A stretch of DNA of 64,000 nucleotides from an uncultured Gammaproteobacteria bacterium (GTDB taxonomy: Bacteria; Pseudomonadota; Gammaproteobacteria; Natronospirales; REEB76): contig CAZPAO010000013.1 of the NCBI GenBank assembly GCA_964584665.1, forward strand, positions 488 to 64,487, given 5' to 3'. Below are positions 1 to 11,000 of this stretch, piece after piece; position 1 is the first letter of the stretch, and each line of letters starts with the position of its first letter. Under the pieces are notes generated by a model, which saw nothing but the letters and a program-made list of their open reading frames with translations, did not search any database and was not told the DNA's origin. A program made the position numbers and the translations under genes.

Positions 1-1
1 C

Positions 2-754
2 GTGCAAGTGAAGGCTTTCCCCATCGGCATCGATGTGGACAGCGTGACGCGCATGGCCCACAAGGGCCGGCGCGGCATCCACGGCCAGCGGCTCGAGACC
101 AGTCTCACGGGGCGTCGTCTCATCATCGGTGTGGACCGGCTCGACTACAGCAAGGGCTTGCCGGAGCGGTTCCGCGCCTACGGCCGCATGCTGGAACTCA
201 GCCCCGAGTACCGCCGCAAGGTGGTGCTGTTGCAGATCGCGCCGCTCTCGCGCACCGAGGTGGCGGAATACGACGATCTGCGCCGCGAGATCAATGCCAT
301 CGCCGGTGACATCCACGCGCGCTTCGCCGAGTACGACTGGCTGCCCTTGCGCTACATGACACGGGGTTTCCCCCGTGCAACCGTCATGGGCTTCCTGTCC
401 CTGGCGAGCATAGGGCTCGTGACACCCATGCGCGACGGCATGAATCTGGTGGCCAAGGAATACTGCGCCGCCCAGCCCCAGGACGACCCCGGCGTGCTGG
501 TGCTTTCGTCCCTGGCAGGCGCCGCCTTGCAGCTCAAGGACGCGCTCATCGTCAACCCCTACAACGTGGACGGCATGGCAGCTGCCATCGCCCAGGGCAT
601 GAGCATGCCGCTGGAGGAACGCCGCGCCCGCCACGGGCGCATGCTGGCCTCGCTGCGTTCGGCCGACGTGCACCGCTGGGTGGCGGATTTCACCGGCGCC
701 CTGCAGGAGAGCGGGGCACGGCGCCAGCACGACACACGGCAGATCGCCCCATGA
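2..754 (+). CDS. otsA: Trehalose-6-phosphate synthase, C-terminal part (5' truncated by window edge)
   Basis: GT20 motifs FPIGID, GVDRLDYSKG, VTPMRDGMNLVAKEY, VLVLSSLAGAA. Confidence 0.93.
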   Translation: MQVKAFPIGIDVDSVTRMAHKGRRGIHGQRLETSLTGRRLIIGVDRLDYSKGLPERFRAYGRMLELSPEYRRKVVLLQIAPLSRTEVAEYDDLRREINAIAGDIHARFAEYDWLPLRYMTRGFPRATVMGFLSLASIGLVTPMRDGMNLVAKEYCAAQPQDDPGVLVLSSLAGAALQLKDALIVNPYNVDGMAAAIAQGMSMPLEERRARHGRMLASLRSADVHRWVADFTGALQESGARRQHDTRQIAP

Positions 755-1827
755 ATGCCTTCACCGACGATCTCATGTCCGCCGTGCTGTTCGCGGTGGT
801 GCTGTGCGCTTCATTGGGCGCAGCTTACTTGGTACTGGCCATGCTGCAGAAGGTGACGAAGCGCATCCCAGGCGGAGTCGCCGAATGCGTGTTGAAGCAG
901 CTGCGGGAACCGGTGCTGCTGCTGGCACCGCTGGTGACAATGCTCATAGCTTTACCGCTGGCGGAGTTCAACCCGCGGATCGAGGTCTTCCTCTACCATG
1001 CGGTCATCATGCTGCTGATCGCGGCATCGGGCTGGAGCTGCATCCGCCTGTTCGATGCATGGCGGGACACCCTGGCGATGCACCACCGCCTGGACGTGGC
1101 GGATAACCTGCGGGCCCGCCAGGTCATCACCCAGGTGCTGATCATCCGTCGTATCGCGGTGGTGCTGGTGGTGATCGTCACCGTCGCCGCCATGCTCATG
1201 ACTTTCCCGCAGGTGCGTGCCCTCGGCGCCACCCTGTTCGCCTCCGCCGGCCTCGCGGGCCTGCTGTTGGGCCTCGCTGCCAAGCCGACCGCCACCAATA
1301 TCCTGGCCGGCCTGCAGGTGGCGTTGACGGAACCCATACGTTTAGACGACGTGGTGGTGGTGGAAGGGCAGTGGGGCTGGATCGAGGAGATCCGCACCAC
1401 CTATGTGGTGGTCCGCATCTGGGACCAGCGGCGGCTGATGCTGCCGCTCTCCTACTTCATCGAGAAGCCCTTCGAGAACTGGACGCGGCGCACGGCGGAC
1501 CTCCTGGCCACGGTGACGATCTACGTGGATTACATCACCCCGGTGGCGGAGATCCGCGAGCGGTTGCATGGGATATTGAAGGGCAGCCGACTCTGGGACG
1601 GGAAGGTCTGGGCCCTGCAGGTGACGGATGCCACCGCCCAGACCCTGGAGCTGCGTGCGCTCATGAGCGTCGCCAACAGCGGCAGCGCCTGGGACCTGCG
1701 CTGCCTGGTGCGGGAGGAACTGGTCAAATACCTGCAACAGAGCCGCCCGGATTGCCTGCCCCATACCCGCATCGCCCTCAGCAAGGCGCCGGAAGCCGAG
1801 GGCCGCACCGATATCGGGATATCCTAA
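751..1827 (+). CDS. MscS-family mechanosensitive ion channel
   Basis: N-terminal TM helices then LFASAGLAGLLLGLAA...NILAGLQ...PIRLDDVVVVEGQWGWIEEI; ATGA overlap with otsA stop. Confidence 0.9.
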   Translation: MNAFTDDLMSAVLFAVVLCASLGAAYLVLAMLQKVTKRIPGGVAECVLKQLREPVLLLAPLVTMLIALPLAEFNPRIEVFLYHAVIMLLIAASGWSCIRLFDAWRDTLAMHHRLDVADNLRARQVITQVLIIRRIAVVLVVIVTVAAMLMTFPQVRALGATLFASAGLAGLLLGLAAKPTATNILAGLQVALTEPIRLDDVVVVEGQWGWIEEIRTTYVVVRIWDQRRLMLPLSYFIEKPFENWTRRTADLLATVTIYVDYITPVAEIRERLHGILKGSRLWDGKVWALQVTDATAQTLELRALMSVANSGSAWDLRCLVREELVKYLQQSRPDCLPHTRIALSKAPEAEGRTDIGIS

Positions 1828-1846
1828 TGCTCTCAAGGAGCCATAT

Positions 1847-2656
1847 ATGAACAAGAAGATACTCTTCATCGCTTGTCTCGCCGCGCTCACTGCCTGCGCG
1901 ACCTCGCCCACCGGCCGCAAGCAACTGAGTCTCGTCTCCGACCAGGATGCGGCACAGATGGGCAACCAGTCCTTCAAGCAGATACAGAAGCAGACGCCGA
2001 TAGACCGTGACAAGAGCGACAACAGCTATGCCGCGTGCATCGTGGATGCGCTGGCGACCGCCACCGGCAAACCCCGGGGCGGCGGCAAATGGGACGTGAC
2101 CGTGTTCAAGGACGACAAGACCGTCAACGCCTTCGCGCTACCGGGCGGTCACGTATCGGTCTACACCGGCATCTTCAAGGTGGCGAAGACGCCGGGCGAG
2201 CTGGCGGCGGTGCTTGGCCATGAGATGGGCCATGTGCAGGCCGGCCATGGCGCTGAGCGCATCTCCGATTCGGAGGCGACGCAGGTGGGTGTGGGTCTCG
2301 CGGCCATCCTCGCCGGCATCGACCAGAGCAGCGTGAAAGGCCAGGCCGCCATGGCGGCGTTGGGTGTCGGCGCCAGTGTGGGCGTGATGCTGCCGTTCAG
2401 CCGCGCCCAGGAGAGCGAGGCCGACAACCTGGGCATGCAGTACATGGCGGAGGCGGGATTCGACCCGCACGAGGCGCTGGACCTGTGGCGCAACATGATG
2501 GGCGCAAACCTCGGCGCGCCGCCGGAACTGCTTTCGGACCATCCTTCAGACTCGAATCGCCTGCAGGCTCTACAGCAGCAGTTGCCGGGCGATATGCAGA
2601 AATACCAGAAGGCACAGCGCCAGGGCCGAAACCCGGACTGCAAGGCCCCGGACTGA
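1847..2656 (+). CDS. M48-family zinc metallopeptidase, lipoprotein
   Basis: Lipobox LTAC, NAFALPGG, HEMGH zinc motif, FSRAQESEAD, SDHPS. Confidence 0.9.
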   Translation: MNKKILFIACLAALTACATSPTGRKQLSLVSDQDAAQMGNQSFKQIQKQTPIDRDKSDNSYAACIVDALATATGKPRGGGKWDVTVFKDDKTVNAFALPGGHVSVYTGIFKVAKTPGELAAVLGHEMGHVQAGHGAERISDSEATQVGVGLAAILAGIDQSSVKGQAAMAALGVGASVGVMLPFSRAQESEADNLGMQYMAEAGFDPHEALDLWRNMMGANLGAPPELLSDHPSDSNRLQALQQQLPGDMQKYQKAQRQGRNPDCKAPD

Positions 2657-2762
2657 CCACTGCCTCAAGCTTTTTTGGGAAAATTCCGACATAATCCCGG
2701 GCAGGGTCCGCAGGGAGAGGCGGGCCTGACCTTTAAATAAGTACGCGGCCTTCGTCCTTCAG

Positions 2763-5700
2763 ATGCACCAGCTAACGCAGCACCGGGATCGGTTGGGGAG
2801 GGCGCGCTGCGCGGTGGCCGCATTCGTCTCCGCTTGCCTGCTGGTCGGCAGCGCAGTCGCTGCAGATGTCCCATTCCCCCCCGGTTCCAGCCTGCGTTTC
2901 CGTCACCTCAGCCTGGAAGACGGCCTGGCCCAGAGCTCGGTGCAGGCGGTGGCGCAGGATGCGCAAGGCTACATGTGGTTCGGCACCCAGGACGGCCTGC
3001 AGCGTTACGACGGCTATGAGTTCCTGACGCTGCGCCACGACCCCGCCGATCCCGCCTCTCTCGCCGACAACACCGTGAACGCCCTGGCCGTGACCGGAGA
3101 CGGCGCGCTGTGGGTCGCCACCTCGGTGATGGGCCTGGATAGGCTGGACCCGGGTACGCACCACTTCACCCATTTCCAGAACGATCCCACCGACGATAAG
3201 AGTCTCGCGGACGATCGGGTGCAGACGCTGTATCTCGACCGGGAACGCCACCTCTGGGTGGGGACCGATTCGGGCCTCGATCTCTACGAAGGGACTGGTT
3301 TCCGCCACTATCGTGTGCCATCCAGCATCGCCAACGCGCAACAGATATACAGCCTGCATGAAGATGCCGCCGGCCGCCTCTGGGTCGGCACGGACAGCGG
3401 CCTCTACTACCTCGATGCCAAGCAACAGAAGCTCGTGCCGTTCATGCCGGTTGCCGGCATAGAGAGCAAGGACGAGCGGGGCGTCTTCACCGAATCACCC
3501 ATCCACGCCCTCGCTGAGGTCAGCGGCATGCTGTGGGTAGCGAGCGGACGCGGCATCGTTGCACTGGATGCGCAAGGCGATGTACAGCATTTCTACACTC
3601 ATTCCGCGGCCCCGGATTCCCTCGGTGGAGACCATGCCCTGGCGCTGCTGCAGGATTCGAACGGAGATGTGTGGGTGGGGACCTACAGCGGGGGCCTGAG
3701 CCGCTTCGATGCCGCCACTGGCCGCTTCTCCACCTACCGGCACGATGCCACCGACCCTGGCAGCCTCGCCAGCGACAACATCGGCGTGCTGTTCCAGGAT
3801 CGCGCGGGTCTGATCTGGATCGGCACCAACGATGACGGCGTGGACATCTACAACCCGCGCACCCGCGCCTTCGGCTATTACCGCCACAAGCAGGGTGACC
3901 CCAACAGCCTCGCCAGCAACATGGTCTGGTCCGTCTATAAGGATGCGAAGGGAGAGGTGTGGGTGGCCACGGATACCGGCCTGACGCGGATGGACGCGGG
4001 CCGGAATCACTACCGCCAATACCACATGTTGGATGGCAGGCCTTGGGCTCGTTCGGACGACGATCAGGTGAATGCCGTCTACGGCGACCAACATGGGGAC
4101 ATCTGGGCCGGCACAAATTACGGCCTGTATCGCTACCAGGCCGGGAGTGACCGGTTCAAGCGGTACGACCTGGTAGCTGGGCACGACAACCCCAACGGAG
4201 ATATCGTCACGTCCCTCTATGCCGATTCCCGGGGCCGCCTGTGGGCCGGCACCGGCGTGGGCCTGGTGCAGTTCGATCCTCGCACTGGCATAGCGCGCCG
4301 CTTCGAGCACGATGATCGTCGCACCGACAGTCTGCCCAGCGACAATGTCTTGGCTATCTGTGAGACCACCGACAGACGCCTGTGGATCGCAACCGCGGAT
4401 GGCCTCGGGTCCTTCGATGGCACGCGCGACAGTTTCATCGCCTATCGCAACGATCCGCGGGACCCGAACAGCCTCAGTTACGACAACGTCCAGTCCTGCC
4501 AGCCCGATGCCAGTGCCGGCCTGTGGGTCGGCACTACCGACGGCTTGGATCATCTGGCGGGCGGAAGCTCGAAGTTCAGGCGCTATTTCACCAGCGACGG
4601 GCTCCCCAACGACACCATCTACGCCATCCTGCTGGATGGTGCCGACGGAGTGTGGGTGAGCACCGACGATGGGTTGTCGCGACTGGACCCGGCCAACGGC
4701 GGTTTCCGCAACTATGTGAAGAGCGATGGCCTGCAGAGCGATGAGTTCAACGGCGGTTCGGCTTTCGCGGCCGCTGACGGCGAACTCCTCTTCGGCGGAA
4801 TCGCAGGCATGAACGCCTTCCATCCGGAACGCATCACCCGGGATGCTTTGCCGCCAGCGGTCGCGATAACCCGTTTCACACGCCATGGCACCGATGTGCC
4901 TCTCACCACCACCACCGGTCCGGTGAAGCAACTCGAGGTCCAGTACCGCGAGAACATCCTCAGCTTCGAGTTCACTGCCTTCGACTATGCCGAGCCGAAC
5001 CTCAACGGTTTCAGCTATCGCCTGGACGGTTTTGACACCGAGTGGCATATGCTGCGCGGCCGCCATGCCGCCACCTATACCAACCTGGATCCGGGGTCGT
5101 ACTTGCTGCGGGTGCGCGGCGCCAACAGCGACGGGGCCTGGAGCGCGCAGGAGACCACCCTCGGCATCGAGGTGCTGCCTCCGCCCTGGCGCACCGGCTG
5201 GGCCTATCTTCTATACGTGGCGGCAACCTTCGTCTCGATCATGATGGGGTTGGGTCTCTACAAGCGGCACCTCAAGCGCGAGCACGAATTGGGCAACGAA
5301 CAACAGCGCCGCCAGTGGGCCGAGGCGCTGCATAACCTCATCCATTCGGTCACCGCGCAACGGGACGAGCGCACCATCGGCGAGCAGCTCATCGATACGC
5401 TCACCAACTTCATCACCTACGAACGTGCGTTCTTCTACGTCGAGCGTGACGGTGTGCTTACGCTGGTCGCTTCGCGCGGCATCGGTCCGGGTGAGCAGGA
5501 TTACCTTGAGCACTGGCCACAGCTCCATGCGCGCATCGCGGCACGCCTGAAGCAGGCGGACAAGGCCCTGCTGCTGACGCCAGAAGACGCTGCGACGTTG
5601 ACCGGCAGTACCGCCAAGCCGGGACGTCACCATTACCTCGCCGTGCCCCTGCATTCCGGCAGCGGCGCCTTCCGTTTGTTATTGGTGGGCCGGCCCAACA

Positions 5701-6302
5701 AGGTGCTGGATGCCCAACAGATGGAGGTGGCCTCCGCCATGGCCAAGCAGGTGAGCGTGGCGCTGGATAACGCGCAGCTCATCAAGGATTTGGAGAACCT
5801 CGCTACGACCGATGGGCTGACGCGCCTGTATAACCGACGCCACTTCATGGAACGGGCGGAGGGGGAGTTCGAGCGCAGCCAGCGCTATCGCCGTGACCTG
5901 TCGGTATTCCTCATCGACGCTGACCACTTCAAGGCCATCAACGATACCCACGGCCACGATGCCGGCGATAGGGCCTTGCGCATGCTGGCGGCCGCTTGCC
6001 GCCAGGGGCTGCGCCACCTCGACGTGCTGGGGCGCTATGGCGGCGAGGAACTGGTGGTATTGTTGCCTGAGACCTCGGCCGCAGTGGCCTACGAGACCGC
6101 GGAACGCCTGAGGCGGAACGTGGAGGAGTTGCGCATCCCGGCCCTGGAAGGCGAGATCCGGCTCAGCGTGAGCATCGGTGTCGCCACCGCCGGCCCCGGC
6201 ACCGAGAGCGTCGCCGCCCTCATCAACGAGGCGGACCGGGCCTTATACGAAGCCAAGCGCGGGGGGCGCAACCGCGTGGCAGCCGCCGGAGAGCGGCGCT
6301 GA
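2763..6302 (+). CDS. Membrane-anchored diguanylate cyclase with periplasmic beta-propeller (Reg_prop) and Y_Y_Y sensor, GAF-like and GGDEF domains
   Basis: Repeated D-x-G-x-L-W-(I/V)-G-T propeller motifs, YTNLDPGSYLLRVRGAN (Y_Y_Y), TM AYLLYVAATF, DGLTRLYNRR, RHLD I-site and GGEEL; true start may be slightly downstream. Confidence 0.9.
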   Translation: MHQLTQHRDRLGRARCAVAAFVSACLLVGSAVAADVPFPPGSSLRFRHLSLEDGLAQSSVQAVAQDAQGYMWFGTQDGLQRYDGYEFLTLRHDPADPASLADNTVNALAVTGDGALWVATSVMGLDRLDPGTHHFTHFQNDPTDDKSLADDRVQTLYLDRERHLWVGTDSGLDLYEGTGFRHYRVPSSIANAQQIYSLHEDAAGRLWVGTDSGLYYLDAKQQKLVPFMPVAGIESKDERGVFTESPIHALAEVSGMLWVASGRGIVALDAQGDVQHFYTHSAAPDSLGGDHALALLQDSNGDVWVGTYSGGLSRFDAATGRFSTYRHDATDPGSLASDNIGVLFQDRAGLIWIGTNDDGVDIYNPRTRAFGYYRHKQGDPNSLASNMVWSVYKDAKGEVWVATDTGLTRMDAGRNHYRQYHMLDGRPWARSDDDQVNAVYGDQHGDIWAGTNYGLYRYQAGSDRFKRYDLVAGHDNPNGDIVTSLYADSRGRLWAGTGVGLVQFDPRTGIARRFEHDDRRTDSLPSDNVLAICETTDRRLWIATADGLGSFDGTRDSFIAYRNDPRDPNSLSYDNVQSCQPDASAGLWVGTTDGLDHLAGGSSKFRRYFTSDGLPNDTIYAILLDGADGVWVSTDDGLSRLDPANGGFRNYVKSDGLQSDEFNGGSAFAAADGELLFGGIAGMNAFHPERITRDALPPAVAITRFTRHGTDVPLTTTTGPVKQLEVQYRENILSFEFTAFDYAEPNLNGFSYRLDGFDTEWHMLRGRHAATYTNLDPGSYLLRVRGANSDGAWSAQETTLGIEVLPPPWRTGWAYLLYVAATFVSIMMGLGLYKRHLKREHELGNEQQRRQWAEALHNLIHSVTAQRDERTIGEQLIDTLTNFITYERAFFYVERDGVLTLVASRGIGPGEQDYLEHWPQLHARIAARLKQADKALLLTPEDAATLTGSTAKPGRHHYLAVPLHSGSGAFRLLLVGRPNKVLDAQQMEVASAMAKQVSVALDNAQLIKDLENLATTDGLTRLYNRRHFMERAEGEFERSQRYRRDLSVFLIDADHFKAINDTHGHDAGDRALRMLAAACRQGLRHLDVLGRYGGEELVVLLPETSAAVAYETAERLRRNVEELRIPALEGEIRLSVSIGVATAGPGTESVAALINEADRALYEAKRGGRNRVAAAGERR

Positions 6303-6326
6303 CGGGTCAGGACAAGGGGACGATGC

Positions 6327-6557
6327 ATGAAGAGTCGGCGCGCCGCACGGCGCCATAAAACGCTCTTGGCCGTGGTGCTGTTGACCCTGGCCGCCACCAT
6401 CTGGCCCGGCTATCTCCTGGGCGCGCGCGTCGAACCCTATGTGCTCGGTCTTCCGTTCAGCCTGGCCTGGCTCTCGGGCTGCATACTGGTTTTGTTCGCG
6501 GCCTTGTTGCTGACCTTCCGCGCCGACATGCGTGCCGGCGGGAGGGAAGGGCAGTGA
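6327..6557 (+). CDS. Small two-TM protein (DUF3311-like) accompanying a solute symporter
   Basis: Two hydrophobic segments with PYVLGLPFSLAW; overlaps the symporter start. Confidence 0.65.
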   Translation: MKSRRAARRHKTLLAVVLLTLAATIWPGYLLGARVEPYVLGLPFSLAWLSGCILVLFAALLLTFRADMRAGGREGQ

Positions 6558-8020
6558 CCGTCGAACTCATACCCTGTCTCGTCTACCTCGGGCTAGCGCT
6601 CCTGCTCGGCATGCTGCCGGCCCGCTTCAGCTCACGCAGCGTGGCGGGCTACGTGGCCGGCGACCGCAGCCTCAACACCGTGCTGCTGTATTTCGTGCTG
6701 GGTGCGGCGGTGTTCTCATCCTTCGCCTTCCTGGGCGGACCGGGCTGGGCCTATTCGCGCGGTGCCGCCGCGTTCTACATCCTCGCCTATGGCGCCTTCG
6801 GCATGATCCCGTTCTATTTCCTGGGGCCGCGGGCGCGGCGCCTGGGGGCGCGGCTCGGTTTCTTCACGCAGGCTGAGATCGTGGGCCACCGCTTCGAGAG
6901 CCGCGCACTGCAGGTGGCGGTGGCGCTCCTCAGCATCGCCGCGCTGGTGCCTTACCTCACGCTGCAGATCAAGGGCGTGGGCTTCATCCTCTCGGTGGCT
7001 AGCCATGGCGCATTGCCGGAATGGGAGGGCGCACTCATCGCCTATGGCATCGTCACCATCTACGTGCTCTACAGCGGCATGCTGGGAGTGAGCTGGACCA
7101 GCGTGTTCATGGGTATCGCCATGATGACCATCGGCTGGCTGTTCGGCCTGTACCTGCCCTGGAAGTTCTATGGCGGCATCGGCCCCATGTTTCATGCCAT
7201 CGCCGCGGCGCATCCGGAGATGCTGGTGCCCCCTGGGCTCGCTGCGAGCGGTTCCGCCTGGGATTGGTGGGGCTACAGTTCCGCCATCGTGGTCTCGGTG
7301 CTGGGCTTTTGCTGTTGGCCTCACTTCTTCATGCGCAGCATGGCGGCCAAGGACGACCGCAGCATCAAGCTCATGGTGGTGATGTACCCCACCATGCAGA
7401 TATTCATGGTGCCTGTGCTCATCATCGGCTTCTCGGCGGTACTGATGTTCCCGGGCATCAAACCCTCGGACACGGTACTGCCTTTCATGCTGCAGCACGC
7501 GGGTCTCTCGCCCTGGCTGGTGGGCTTGGCTTCGGCCGGCACATTGGCGGCATCCATGCACACCGGTGATGCCATCATGCATGCCGCTGGTACCGTGGGT
7601 GTGCGTGACGGCATCGTGCCTCTCCTCAAGCGGCCCTTGAGCGATGTCACCGAGAGGCTGCTGATCCGCATCCTGATACTGGTCATCACCGCCATCGCGT
7701 TCTATTTCGCAGTAGACTCACAGGTGTCGCTGGTGTCGCTGCTGCTGGGGTCCTACGGCGGCGTGGCGCAGATCTTCCCGGTGCTGATCGCGGCCTTCTA
7801 TTGGCCGCGCGCCACCAAATACGGCGTCGCCGCGGGCCTGCTCACCGGTATCGCGGTCAACATGCTGTTCCTCTTGGAACCGCAGCTGAAACCGGTGCCG
7901 TTGCATGAAGGCATCTACGGTCTAATCGCCAACGTCATCGTGCTGCTAGGGGTGAGTCTGATGACGGTGCCGGCGAGCGCAGAGCGACTGAAGGATTATG
8001 CCGAAGCGGGTTGGGATTAA
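6554..8020 (+). CDS. Sodium:solute symporter (SSS) family protein
   Basis: Multi-TM; SSFAFLGGPGWAY, LASAGTLAASMHT, AAFYWPRATKYG typical of SSS. Confidence 0.88.
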   Translation: MTVELIPCLVYLGLALLLGMLPARFSSRSVAGYVAGDRSLNTVLLYFVLGAAVFSSFAFLGGPGWAYSRGAAAFYILAYGAFGMIPFYFLGPRARRLGARLGFFTQAEIVGHRFESRALQVAVALLSIAALVPYLTLQIKGVGFILSVASHGALPEWEGALIAYGIVTIYVLYSGMLGVSWTSVFMGIAMMTIGWLFGLYLPWKFYGGIGPMFHAIAAAHPEMLVPPGLAASGSAWDWWGYSSAIVVSVLGFCCWPHFFMRSMAAKDDRSIKLMVVMYPTMQIFMVPVLIIGFSAVLMFPGIKPSDTVLPFMLQHAGLSPWLVGLASAGTLAASMHTGDAIMHAAGTVGVRDGIVPLLKRPLSDVTERLLIRILILVITAIAFYFAVDSQVSLVSLLLGSYGGVAQIFPVLIAAFYWPRATKYGVAAGLLTGIAVNMLFLLEPQLKPVPLHEGIYGLIANVIVLLGVSLMTVPASAERLKDYAEAGWD

Positions 8021-8023
8021 GGC

Positions 8024-11000
8024 TTACTTAGGCGGGGCGAGGGCGGCCAGGTACTTTTCGACGTCCACAACCGCCATGGGCTTGGAGAAGAAGTAACCCT
8101 GGCCCTTACGGCAGCCCAAGGCCCGCAGCAGCTCAACCTGGCGCGCATCCTCGATGCCTTCCGCCACCACATCCATGCCGAGGTCCGCCGCCAGCACCGT
8201 GATGGTGCGGACGATAGCGCGGTCGGCGCGGGCCTTCTCGATGCCCGTGATGAAGGAGCGGTCTATCTTCAGGGTGTCGATCTTGAAGCGGCGCAGGGCT
8301 GAGAGGGACGAGTAGCCGGTGCCGAAGTCGTCCATCTGCAGGTTCACGCCCACGGAGCGCAGTCGGGCGATGGTCTCCACCGCCAGCGCCGGATTGTCCA
8401 TGAACACCGTCTCGGTGATCTCGAGGCACAGGTGCTTGGGCTTCAAACCGGTGATGTCCAGCACGCGCGCCACGCGCTGCGGCAGCACCCAGTGGGCGAA
8501 CTGCCGGTTGGCGATGTTCACGCTCATGGTGATGTCATCGCTGATGTGCTTGTACTTCTTCTTCCAGGCGGCGAACTGCGCACAGGCGGTCTCCATCACC
8601 CACCAGCCGATGGGGATGATGAGTCCTGTCTCCTCGGCCACCGCCAGGAAGTGCTCGGGGCCCAGCAGGCCCTGGGTAGGGTGCTCCCAGCGCACCAGCG
8701 CCTCGAAGCCGGAGAGCTTGTTGGCGGAGAGGTCCATGACCGGCTGGTAGAACACCCGGAACTCGCTGCGCTGCAGGGCCTGGCGCAGGTCGGTCTCGAG
8801 CTTCAGGTTGGCCTTGGCGTTCTCGTGCATGGCGTCGTCGAACACCACGTAGCCGGCCTTGCCGGCGGCCTTGGCGCGGTACATGGCGGTGTCGGCATCA
8901 CGCAGGATCTCGTCCGGATGCTTGTAATGGGGTGCGTTGATGACGATGCCGATGCTGGCGTTGGTGAACACCTCGTGGCCGTCCACGGTGATGGCGCGGG
9001 CCAGTTCCTCGTGCACCCGGTCTGCCACGGCGGTGGCGTCATCGAGCCCGGTGATGTTCTCCACCAATATCGTGAACTCGTCGCCGCCGTAGCGGGCGAT
9101 GAGGTCGGCGGGGCGCAGGCAGGTGCGCAGCCGGCGCGCGATGGCCACCAGCACCCGGTCGCCGAAGGAGTGACCGAGGCTGTCGTTGATGAGCTTGAAG
9201 CGGTCGAGATCCAGGAACAGCACCGAGAAACGGTCTGAACTACGCTTGCCCACGTGCTCCAGGGTCTGTTGCAGCTTCTCCATGAAGAAGCTGCGGTTGG
9301 GGAGTTCCGTGAGCGGATCGTGGTAGGCGCCTTTCAGCAGTTCCTGCTCGGAACGCTTCTGGGCGGTCACGTCGCGCACCGTGCCGGTGACGGCCGGCGA
9401 GCCGCGGTAGGGCACATGAGCCACGGTCACCGCCGCCACGACACGGGTCTTCTCATCCCGGTGCATGAAGCGCAGCTCGTGCAGCTCGTGCCCGGTGTGC
9501 AGCACGTAATCTTCCTCGAAGGCGTTGCTGGAATGGCGATCCTCAGGGGCCAGCAGTGAACTGAAGGAGAGACCAGTCATCTCGTCAGGCTTGTAGCCGA
9601 GCATGGTGGCGAAGGCGCGGTTCACGTACACGAGGCCGCCGCGCGCGCTCAGGAAAACGCCGTCCTGGCTCATGTCCACCAGGGTGCGGTATTTCTCCTC
9701 GGACTGGGCCAGCGCCTCCTCGGCAAGCTTGCGTCCCGTGATGTCGTGCAGCGTGCCCTCGTAGTACTCGACCTTGCCGGCGCGGTCGCGCACCACTCGT
9801 GAGTTGTCCGATACCCAGATGGTGCTGCCGTCGCGGCGCGTCACCTGGATCTCCTGGTCAGTGTACTGGCCGTGTTTCTCGAGCCGATCCAGGAGTTCGG
9901 CGCGTTGCTCGGGGTGCAGATAGGTGCGCTCCGCGACGCTGGGGCCGGCGGCCATCAGCTCCTCGGCATCCGCGAAGCCCAGGATGCGCGCCAGCGCCTT
10001 GTTGGCGCGGACGATGCGGCCATCCGGCGTGCTCTGGTAGATGCCTTCGACGGCGTTCTGGAAGATGCTGCTGTAGCGCCGTTCCACGTCGAGCAGCGCC
10101 TCGCCCTGCATGGGCTTGTCGCCGCGCTGATCGTGGCACACCGCCAGCACCGTGTGCATGCCGTCCAGCACCTGCAGGCGTGCGTGCACGCGCACCGGGA
10201 CAGCGCCACCGTCCTTGGCGCGCAGGCTGGCATCGAACAGGAGGGCCTGGTCGGTGAGCAGCGCCTCGCTGGTCTCCCGCAGTTTTTCCGCGTCCATCAG
10301 GCTGGAAGGGCTGATCTCCAGCAGCTCGTCACGGGCATAACCCAGCAGCTCGCAGGCGGTATCGTTGGCCTCGATGAAGGGCCCCCCGATGCGGCCATCG
10401 GTGCCGATGGGGTAGACCAGGATGGCATCGCCGCCGGTGTTGAACAGCGTGCGGTAACTGACGTCGCGGCGATGCAGCGCATCCAAGGTGGAACGGTAGT
10501 CGGTGACGTCCAGCACCGCCGTGAGCACGTAGGGCTTGCCCTCGATCTCCACCATCTCGGCGGAGGTGAGGCCGCGGCGTTTCTCGCCGCCGCGGGTGAG
10601 GAAGTGGGCCTCGCGGTTGCTGATGCGGCCGTTGAGGCGCAGCTCCTGCAGGAACTCTTCGCGCTCCTCCGGGTACTCCCAGATGCCGAGTTCCACAGCA
10701 CTGCGGCCTATTATCTCCGCCGGGCTGAAGCCGAGCATGCGTTCCACCGCGGCGTTCACGTCGGTGAACTTGCCGCCTTCCAGTTCTGAGATGGCGATGA
10801 TGCCGGGGGCGGCACGGAAGGCGGTGGCGAACTTGGCGGCGGCCAGCCGCTGCAGCTCGTCGAGGCGGCGGCGGCGCAGTTCCGCGGCGCAGCGCGCCGC
10901 CAGGAGCTTCAGAGTATCGAACAGCTCGTCGTTGGCCTGGAAGGGCTGACGGGACATGATGCCGAGGTGGCCGATCGACTGGCCGTCCGGGCCGGCGATG

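Noticed and set aside
3495-5066. Long antisense ORFs (also 29549-30967, 35184-36500, 37911-39281, 45157-46707, 54940-56019)
   Set aside because: They mirror well-supported genes on the other strand, are expected in high-GC DNA, and carry no motifs
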